Positions 1 to 9,080 of a DNA stretch of 64,000 bases are shown here, one piece after another. Position 1 is the first letter of the stretch. Every line of letters begins with the position of its first letter. The notes under the pieces were generated by a model. That model saw only the letters and a program-made list of their open reading frames with translations. It was not told the DNA's origin and did not search any database. Location: contig OX597823.1 of the NCBI GenBank assembly GCA_951406725.2, positions 42,284,001 through 42,348,000 of the forward strand. Reading direction: 5' to 3'. Source of the DNA: Octopus vulgaris (Eukaryota). The position numbers and the translations under genes were made by a program.

Positions 1-108
1 TTTGCCTAAAAATCATAATTCTGACATTCTCTCTAAAATTCATGTTTGTGAAACTCTGCCTAAGTACACAGTTGCTAAATTCTGCCTAAAATTCACTGTT
101 GTGAAATT

Positions 109-580
109 TGTAGGCAACCTCATTTGAATCCAGTGTTGTCATGTGTTAATGAGAGTCATCTTGAGTTATCTCCCCTGTCACATCGTTAACAACTAGGTGG
201 CGCTTGTTAGATAGATATAAAAAGACGCGCACAGCCAAGTAACATCCTCTGCCCCTCTCCCATGCGGCCTGAAGCTAACTACCTCTTCTACATCTCTGTT
301 CCTGCTATGGGACAACCCTCTGTTGATTTGAATTTTGTTAAATCCTCTATACCATTCGTGGAAGGCAGCAAGACAAAAGCCTTTGCTTATTCAGCTTCCA
401 TTCTGTTCTCTTGAATGATAATATACAAGATGTGTATAAATGCTCTCATCCCGGATCGGAATAAATACTCCATGTGCATGAAGTCTTCATGTTGTTGTTG
501 TTCCTCACTGGATTAATTCCTACGGCTATCGAAGGATGATTGAACATTATATTAAATTAGTGGGCTAAAAGCTCGCTAAA
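109..580 (+). mobile_element. Gypsy-like LTR (5' copy)
   Basis: Starts TGTAG, has TATAAAAA at 216-223 and AATAAA at 460-465, and ends GCTAAA (likely decayed CTACA) one base before a PBS. Confidence 0.7.
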
Positions 581-581
581 A

Positions 582-599
582 TGGTGACCCCGATGTCAG
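582..599 (+). promoter_or_regulatory. tRNA-Trp primer binding site
   Basis: TGGTGACCCCGATGTCAG; the first 12 nt match the canonical tRNA-Trp PBS TGGTGACCCCGACGTGAT used by ASLV and many Gypsy elements. Confidence 0.75.
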
Positions 600-3141
600 A
601 AACTATCCGATGGATAGTTTCCTTAAACAACTACAACTTGTATGAGTTTTCGAAGACTTCATGTACATGAAGTATTTGTTCCGATCTGGGATGAGAGCAT
701 TTTTACACAGCTTGTATATTAACATTGAACAAAACAGAATGGAAGTTGAATAAGAAGAGTCTTTTGTCTTGCCACCTTCCATGAACGGTATAGAAGATTT
801 AACAAAATTCTAATCAATGCAGGGTTGTCCTGTAGCATGAACAGAGATGTAGAAAATGTAGTTAGCTGCAGGCTGTGTGGGAGAGGAGAGGAGGATGTTA
901 CTTGGCTGTGCACGTCTATTTATATCTATCTAACAAGCGCCACCTAGTTGTTAACGATGTGACAGGAGAGATAACTCTAGATGACTCTCATTAAAACATG
1001 ACAACACTGGATTCAAATAAGGTTGCCTACAAATTCTTCCCAAAGTTTGTAGTTGTGAAATTCTGCCTAAAATTCACAGTTGGGAAACTTTCTCTAAATT
1101 TCACAGATATGAATTTATGTCTAAATTTCACAGGAGCGAAATTCTACTTAAATTTCAGTTGTGAATTTTTGCCTGAAATTCACAGCTGTGAGATAAAGCC
1201 TAAAATTTCACAGTTTAACATTTGAGCTTAAGATTTGCAACACTGAAATTCTGCATAAATTTCTCATTCTGAAATTCTACCTAAGTTTCACAGGTGTAAA
1301 TTTCTGCCTGAATCTCAGTCATGAAATTCTGCTTAGTTGCGAGATTCTACATACAAACGTTATTTGTTAAGAAAGAAGTTAATGATGAAAAAGAAGGCAA
1401 AGAAAAATAACAAAACAGTAGATCTACAGATATGGCCAAATACTTACTGCTGACCTGGCACAACTAAATAAGCTTGCCATGTTGACTACCTGTAGGACAT
1501 ATTGTATAAAAGGAGAAGGCAGAAACTAGGTTAAAACGTGTTTCTATTCCATCTTATGTGTGGAGTGGGTTGAGATCTTTAGTCTCTGGATTGACAAAAC
1601 ATTTTACAAAATGGTTATTAATCTCCTCAAATTTTCTCCCACCCCTTACTTCAAGCCACTTCACCTTCTTAAACATGTCAACAGCTCCCTTCTTTCAGAA
1701 TCCAGGACTTCCACTCTGATACACATAAAACAAGATAGCTATTCGCTTCTTCCTTTTTTGACTCCACTTCTTCATTATTGTCATCCCCCTGTTCATTATC
1801 CTTTTCTTCTTCCTCCTCATTATAATCCTCTACCTACTCTTCCCTTTTTCATCTTCCTTCTCCAACCTCAGTGATCGTTAACAATTCTAGCTGGTCTAAA
1901 TTTTTGTCCTCAGAGAGAGAGTAAGAGAGCATTCCTTCTTTTGACTTGGCTGTGCCATCTGATGTTTCTCATTACTCTCAGATGACTTTATTCTCTCAGA
2001 AGTGTTGCAGAAGGAGGAATGTTGTGTTATGAACTTCCTAGAATTTTTACATTTGTTCTTATTTTCTTTTTATCCTTTTTTATGAAATATGTTTTTTTAA
2101 AGTGATAGAGCTCAGTGTTGGGAGAACTTTAGTTTCTGCTTTGGATCACATAGTTTTAACTGGCATAATTACTAAGATTAAAAACAAGTTACTTGTTGAC
2201 ACATACAGACTTTTCAATTATGTTAATATGAATTAGAACAGAAGAAAAATTGGAGCATTTTTCATCCTTTGACTATTACCTATATATGTATTGATAGATA
2301 GACAGACAGACAGACAAACAAACAAACAGATAGACAGATAGATGGGCACACACATATATATTATACACATGTATATCCATGTATGTTCATGAGGTTGGTA
2401 GATAGAGAGACACACGTATATATATTCACATATGTATATCTATGTAATTTCATTTATATTAACACACACACACATAGATAGATAAACAGACAGACAGATA
2501 GATATATAGATAGATAGACACACACAATCAAATACATATACCTATGCAAATCTATATATTTATACATAATCTTAGACATATGCACACACATACACAAACA
2601 CATATACACACATGAATGCAACACACATACATACCTCACCACATTAATGTATATTTTATGTGCACTGAAAACATATACTCACTTCAGATGCAGCTGTTAT
2701 AGACAAACATATTTTGGCAACACAGGTGATAAATCCAAAAGTTTCTTTGTGTTTTGCCTTATGCGACAAATAGCAGACTTGTACAGTCATGAACTATTTC
2801 TTTGATTACACGAATGGAATTACTATTTTAAGTTAAGATAATGTAGTGTTAATTGATACAGAGACAATGTATTGCAACTGTCATTGTATTCTGATATGAC
2901 CAATGACTTCAAAGTTAAGAGAAAATAATGATAATGTTAAGGAGATAGGAAACGTTATGAATTCTACAGCTATGTGGTTTAAGAAGTGTACTTCACAACG
3001 TTCTGGCTTTGGGTTCAGTCCCACTATGTGGTATCCTCGGCATGTGTCTTTTTCTTTAGATCCAAGCCAGCCAAAGTCTTATGAGTGCATATGGTAAATA
3101 GAAAAGGAAAGATGATTGTTATAGGTATATGTGTATGTATA

Positions 3142-3460
3142 TCATCATCGTCGCTAGGCATCTGCTTTCCATGCTGGCATAGGTTGGACGGTTTGACTGA
3201 GGACAAGCAGGTCGGGAGGCTGCAGCAGGTTCCAATCTGATTTGGCAAGATTTCTACAGCTGGATGCCCTTCCCAATGCCAACCATTCCTAGAGAGTTGT
3301 GGGTACTTTTTAAATGCCACCAGCACGAGAGCCAGTCAGGCAATGCTGGCATTGACCATGCTCGAATGGTGCTTTTTACATGCCACCAGCTTGTGTGCCA
3401 GTCAGGCAGCACTAGCATTGGTCACACTTGAATGGTGCTTTTATGTGCCACTGGCATGAT
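3142..3460 (-). mobile_element. RTE LINE 3' UTR fragment
   Basis: Shares the (CAT)n-TTTCCATGCTGGCAT...CTACAGCTGGATGCCCTTCC..ATGCCAACCA tail with the ORF-bearing RTE copies at 4614 and 44613. Confidence 0.75.
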
Positions 3461-3515
3461 ATACATATATTTTTGTATATACATATACACAATATATATA
3501 TATTTGTGTGTGTGT

Positions 3516-3550
<35 letters not shown>

Positions 3551-4274
3551 AATGCACATGAGTTGTTGAGGTTAAATTTGACAGTTTGCATAAGAGGAAA
3601 AGAAAACACAATATACCATCCAAAAACTAAAGTATTTAAAAAATTCAAAATATTTCAAATAGAATATGGCCTGAATATAAAAGTCTACTCAGCATCCATC
3701 ACATCCTCAAGGTGGCTCTAGAACCTACTGCAGGCATTCTCAGCCACCAGCTCAGCCTTGGTGTTGCAGGCAAAGCAACTCAAATGTACCCCATGCTTAG
3801 TAATCCATGGAATTACAAATAAACGAAATTAGAAGACCAGAAATTGAGGCTGATGAAGAAATAAAGACAATGTTCCTTACATGAAACTTAGTAGAAGGAT
3901 CACCAGCAAACAATCTTATTGAAATGAGCTTAAACTCAGCCACAGACCCTCATGATTTCCCAGCCAGTCAAGAAAGAATGGCCATTAAAAAGGTGATAAC
4001 ACTAATGGTGCCCCAGCATGGTCACAGCTTTTGGATTGAAATGCATAAAAGAATAAAACAGTAAACATACATACATACATAAATGTGTGTACATATATAT
4101 ATATATATTTATGTTGTGTCTTTTTGTTGAATTATAATAAGTATAATTTAACATTAAACTGAAGAATTACTTAATACCTTTTGTAGAGTATATACTAGCT
4201 ATATGAGACGATGGGTGAGTGACTTCAAAATTTCAGTGAGGGCTGAAACTTCAAACAAACATCAATATATTGAG

Positions 4275-4612
4275 AAGTTAGCTTCCCAACCATATCGTTT
4301 TAGATTCAGTCCCAGGATGTAGTACTTTGGATATGTGTCTGCTGCCATAGCCCTGGGCTGACCAAAGCTTTATGAATGGATTTGCAATACAGAAACTGAG
4401 GAGAAACCCATTGTATATTTGTACTTGTGTCACCTTGTCTTGCCATCATGTGGTTTGTAAATGAGTTGCAGTCTCATAGGAGTAGTGTCATTCATTTCCA
4501 ATGTTTTGCATAGGCATGTCTGGCCATGGAAGAATATTACCTTGCTTAGAAACAGGTGAGGGTTAATGAAGGGCATCATCCAGCATATAGAAAATCTGCT
4601 GCAGTAAAATTT
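4275..4612 (+). mobile_element. tRNA/CORE-head SINE with RTE-like tail (decayed)
   Basis: Head GCTTCCCAACCA...TTCAGTCCC, followed by the CATGTCTGGCCATGG...AAACAGGTGAGGGTT...CATCCAGC tail seen in many other copies. Confidence 0.65.
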
Positions 4613-4613
4613 A

Positions 4614-5115
4614 TCATCATCAACATTTAGTGTCTATTTTCCATGCTGGCATGGGTTAGATGGCTTGACTGGGACTTGTAAGCCAGAGAGCTGTACCAAG
4701 CTCCAGTCTGATTTGGTTTGGTTTCAACAGCTTGATGCCTTTCTTAACGCCAGCCACTTTATGTAGTGAGTGCCTTTTACATGTCAATGGTACAGATGCC
4801 TTTTACATGTCCCTGGAACAGGTGCTTTTTATGTGTCACCAGCAGAGGCCACAAATACGATTTCACTTAGCTTCACATGTCTTCTCAAGCACAGCAAATC
4901 ACCAAGAGTTTTGGTCACTTTTCATAACTTCCATGAGACTGAACATTCAAAGATCATGCTTCATGACCTCATCTCGTGTCTTCCTGGGTCTACCTCTTCT
5001 ACACGTTCGCTTCCCAGTTAGAAACTGCCACTTCTTTACACAGCTGTCCTCATTCATATGCATCACGTAACCATACAAGTGCAGTGTTCTCTCTTACACA
5101 CCACACCTAATGCTT
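4614..5115 (-). mobile_element. RTE-clade LINE 3' fragment (ORF C-terminus + 3' UTR)
   Basis: Minus strand reads ...LYGYVMHMNEDSCVKK..RRGRPRKTRDEVMKHDL..., the RTE 'RLRWxGHVxRM...GRPRKTW' terminus, and ends in (GAT)n. Confidence 0.85.
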
Positions 5116-5956
5116 GGATGTTAAAGCAATGATGATATGAATAGATCTGTATGTGTGTGTGTGTGTCCTTGTCTTGACATCACACCTCAGCTGTAAACAA
5201 GTATCACTATCATAAAAGCGGTGTTGCTTCCATTCTCCCATGGAAACATCCAGCCATGAGGAAATGAGGAAATATGCTTCGGGAAAAGGAGAGCGATGGC
5301 AATAAGAATGTTGTCTAGAGAAAATTTGCTTCAGTGAATTCTGACTGATTCAGCAAGCATGAAAACATGTAGATTAAAATGATGATGATGATAATGTGTG
5401 TTGGTTGCCATATGTGTTTCCATTGACATAGTATGGGTAGTGACAAAATTGTTTACAGCCCACAGCGCAATAATTTAACATTAGACTTTACTTGAAAGCC
5501 AGTAAGGGTTGGTGGCAGTAAGTGAATGCAATCATAGAATACAACTTTAATAAGTCCCATCCATTCCATACTAGCATGGAAAAAGTAGATGTAAAAATGA
5601 TAATCGCACACACACACACACATGTGCACACACACACACACTAGTTATATGTGCAAAATTATGTATTTTTCTATATAGGCTACATATATGTCTTTGTACT
5701 GTTCTATTTATAAACATTTATAAAAGACACACACGCTCTATATTTGTGTGTATGTATTTATGTAAATGTATGTAATTAAAATGCTTATGTGTCTCTTAGA
5801 ATGTGTGTGGGAAAGTGTATGCACATATATATATATATACATGTGCACGTATATACACACAGTGCATATGTATGTATGCATATATATATATATATATATA
5901 TCACACCCATGTATTTACATTTTCATACATACATATGTGGGTGTGTGTGTATGTGG

Positions 5957-5993
<37 letters not shown>

Positions 5994-6025
5994 ATATCCA
6001 TATATATATATATATACATATGTAT

Positions 6026-6059
<34 letters not shown>

Positions 6060-6427
6060 CCATACATACATACAGATGTGTATGAATAATTTTCTAAATA
6101 TACATTGTGGCAAAAATTAAGCAATTTAATCAAGTAATTCCATTTAAAGACACACAGCAATGTCTTTATTATTTACTAATCTGTTTAGAAAAACTTGCCT
6201 AAGCTATTTTTGCACAAACATTGCATAATCCTATTAAAAAGTAGCAATCTAAACGAAATAAAAACAACACCAAAAGAATGAAAGAAAAAATAACTAAAAT
6301 GTTACATTTTTCCTGTGATAATAATTAATAGAGAAGGTTACAGAATTAGATAATTTTGTTAGCATTTAAGATCATAGTGCACAGTAGTGGGTGATGTTTT
6401 ATGTGTGATTGTGGTGGGCAGCTATGG

Positions 6428-7072
6428 TTGTTTATTATATTATTAGTACATTATATTATTAGTAGATGGTGATGGAAGTGTAAAGGTTTTGTTGCTGCAT
6501 GGTTAGGAAGCTTGCATCCCAACTATGTGATCTTGGGTTCAATCCCACTTTGGAACCTCAGGCAAGTGTCTTTTACTACAGCTTGAAGCTGACCCAATCC
6601 TATGAGAAGTGGATTGTGAGGGGCATGTTACAGAAAGAGGCCTTGTTTATTATATTATTAGTACATTATATTATTAGTAGATGGTGATGGAAGTGTAAAG
6701 GTTTTGTTGCTGCATGGTTAGGAAGCTTGCATCCCAGTTATGCGATCGTGGGTTCAGTCCCACTGTAGAACCTCGAGCAAGTGTCTTTTATTACAGCTTG
6801 AAGCTGACCCAATCCTATGAGAAGTGGATTGTGAGGGGCACGTTACAGAAAGAAGCCTTGTTTATTATATTATTAGTACATTATATTATTAGTAGATGGT
6901 GATGGAAGTGTAAAGGTTTTGTTGCTGCATGGTTAGGAAGCTTGCATCCCAATTATGTGATCGTGGGTTCAGTCCCACTGTGGAATCTCAGGCAAGTGTC
7001 TTTTACTGCAGCTTGAAGCTGACCCAATCCTATGAGAAGTGGATTGTGAGGGGCATGTTACAGAAAGAGGCC
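6428..7072. repeat. Three tandem 215-bp units, each containing a decayed SINE head
   Basis: Units start at 6428, 6643 and 6858. Near-identical ORFs lie at 6499, 6714 and 6929. Confidence 0.95.
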
Positions 7073-7149
7073 TGGTTCATTAACCTATTGAATGTTCCAG
7101 ATTTGTATCTTTTTTGTCATTGTTTTCTTGTCCTGGAATTCTTTCACAC

Positions 7150-7740
7150 TTGAACCCTCATGATACCAAACCACCTAAAACCACCTTTTTCTCTATGACA
7201 AACTTTCTGCTTAACCCTTCAGCATTTAGATTGCTCTATCAAAAGTGTAATTCTTATACAATCAAATTGTTTTGAATCAATCATGTGTTATCGTGTATCT
7301 TTGAAATTTGTAGTGTGTAGCTAAGTGGAGGAGGTGTGTAGCATAGTGATTGGGGTATGGGACTAATGATCATAAGATTGTGGTTTCAATTCCTGGACCA
7401 GGCGACATGCTGTGTTCTTGAGCAAAATACTTCATTTCACTTTGTTCCAGTCCACTCAGCTGTTATGAGTCAGCATGACTTGAGAAAGTAACTATACCTT
7501 AGCCAGACCTGACCAATTTGAACATAAAACTGGTACAGTATTTGGGCCTGACATGGTCAGTTTAGATTTTAAAGTGTTCAAGTAATACAACTTAAAACTT
7601 CCCATCAAAATTTCATGTTAATGTATTTTTAAGCCTCAATTTTCCAATTACAAATCTGTTTTACTAAATTCTTCAATATTTTTGAAATTTATAGAATCAG
7701 AAGTATTGTCTCAACAGAAATACAATAACAAAATGGTTAA
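7150..7740. mobile_element. Nested TTAA MITEs (piggyBac-type) with an internal CORE SINE
   Basis: The outer MITE resembles 62823-63034 in reverse. The inner one (7211-7580) starts TTAACCCTTCAGCATTTAG like 54656-54869. A SINE head with GTTCTTGAGCAAAATACTT lies at ~7325-7470. Confidence 0.6.
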
Positions 7741-7856
7741 TCTGTTGCTGTTTTTATATGTGGATGAGTAGTGATGTTAACACTGCTTAAGCAATGCCAT
7801 GGATCACTAGTAGATGATTAATCAACATTAATAACTTGCATTAGGTCATCATATCT

Positions 7857-8300
7857 TTAGCCCATGTTTTACTATATTTCTGTTGAAACACGTTGTCTTT
7901 GTTCCAATTAATTTTGAAAATGATGAATTTATTAAAATAATTGTTGTCATTAATTTGAAGGCAGCAAGCTGATAGAAGTGTCATAGCATTGGAAAAATAT
8001 CCAATATTTCATCTGACACATTGCACTGAGTTCAAATTCTATTAGGGTCAAGTTTACCTTTTATCCCTCTGGGATCAATAAAATAAAGTATCATTCAAGT
8101 ACATGGGTTAACATAATTTTCTAACCCCAGTTTTCTAAAGATTGCTGGCCTTGTGCTAAATTTTTGAAGCAATTATTAAGCTGAATTTTAATTCATAAAT
8201 TAACATGAAATTTTACAGCAAGGTTTAAATATAAATCACTCTAAAAGTGGAAGTTTATAAGCAGAGGTGGTCTGATGCGGGTTAATATCAAAGGGATCAA
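7857..8300. mobile_element. TTAA MITE (same family as outer 7150-7740, opposite orientation) containing a Meta-type SINE at ~7958-8175
   Basis: Similar to 62823-63034. The inner SINE has GAGTTCAAATTC...TTTACCTTTTATCCC..GGATCAATAAAATAAAGTA. Confidence 0.55.
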
Positions 8301-8846
8301 GGAGAGGTTTAAATCCAAACATTTCAAACTTCACAAATGTGATCCCCATTTTACAGACAGTGAAGTCTTTGTTGCATGAAATTTATGGCCTTGCATTGCA
8401 CAGATCAAGATCGAGTTATAGTGTAGAAGCTCCAGTGATTGGCTTAGACTAAATTTCCTGTTGCTGCTTGTTCTGCAGCACCACCATTGCTGTCATTGTC
8501 ATCACCATTTAATGTCCATGTTCCATGATTGGATGGTTTGGCACAAAATAATGGGTCCAAGAACTGCATCATGCTCTGATGGCTGCTTTGGTATCGTTTC
8601 TACAATTGGATGCCCTTCCTAATGCCAACCAGTTTACAGCATGGGTGGGATCTTCGTGCCACCATCACTAGTGAGGTTGTGATGCAGCTTGCAAGACTAT
8701 AACATCCAAAGGAAGAGATAGGTTTATGCTAGAAGATGATGGGTAAAAGTATGAGAGAAGGTGAGAACAGAGTAGGTTCAGGTGAAGAAACTGCACGGTT
8801 ACTCACATTTAGTAAGCGAGGGAGATAATATGAGTTGTGAAGAGGT

Positions 8847-9080
8847 AAGGCGATGAGCTGGCAGAAGAGTTAGCATGCCGGGCGAAATGCGTAGCCGTAT
8901 TTCGTCTACCGTTACATTCTGAGTTCAAATTCCGCCGAGGTCGACTTTGCCTTTCATCTTTTTGGGGTCGATAAATTAAGTACCAGTTACACACTGAGGT
9001 TGATGTAATCAACTTAATCCGTTTGTCTGTCCTTGTTTTTCCCCTCTGTGTTTAGCTCCTTGTGGGTAGTAAAGAAATAA
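8847..9080 (+). mobile_element. Young tRNA-derived SINE with Meta-like central domain
   Basis: B-box GAGTTCAAATTCC; central GTCGACTTTGCCTTTCATC..GGGGTCGATAAATTAAGTACC; 16-bp TSD ATATGAG(T/C)TGTGAAGA at 8828-8843 and 9081-9096. Confidence 0.85.

Larger units (their letters stand above)
109..1031. mobile_element. Fold-back element with 380-bp inverted arms, TG...CA ends and 4-bp AATT target-site duplication (LTR-derived)
   Basis: 109-488 is the reverse complement of 652-1031 (about 41 mismatches, no gaps, manual count). Ends are TGTAGGCAACC...GGTTGCCTACA, with AATT at 105-108 and 1032-1035. The satellite unit is continuous across the insertion. Confidence 0.88.
1..1350. repeat. Degenerate ~27-bp minisatellite (consensus ~TGAAATTCTGCCTAAATTTCACAGTTG), interrupted by the 109-1031 insertion
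   Basis: Units are visible at 1-108 and 1032-1350. The ORF 998..1225 shows the matching 9-aa periodicity (KFCLKFTVG/KLSLNFTDM/NLCLNFTGA). Confidence 0.85.

Noticed and set aside
109-1031. DIRS-type interpretation of the inverted-repeat element
   Set aside because: DIRS1-like elements have inverted repeats but use a tyrosine recombinase, usually without TSD or tRNA PBS; TG..CA ends, a 4-bp duplication and a Trp PBS point to a Gypsy-type integrase substrate.
1032-1350. Palindromic short repeats resembling a CRISPR array
   Set aside because: Units are contiguous with no unique spacers, there are no cas genes, and the context is eukaryotic; it is a minisatellite.
1929-2022. 12-bp outer stem plus 7-bp inner stem
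   Set aside because: The stems are short, purine/pyrimidine-biased and discontinuous, within chance expectation.
5766-6160. ORFs rich in [12 protein letters not shown] (also 12881-13463, 20492-21350, 24747-25233, 49617-50095, 51080-51327, 56469-56745)
   Set aside because: They are translations of (TA)n/(TG)n/(CA)n microsatellites, open on both strands simply because such repeats lack stop codons.
6499-7153. Three near-identical 62-74 aa ORFs suggesting a small gene cluster
   Set aside because: They read through a decayed SINE head inside the 215-bp tandem duplication.
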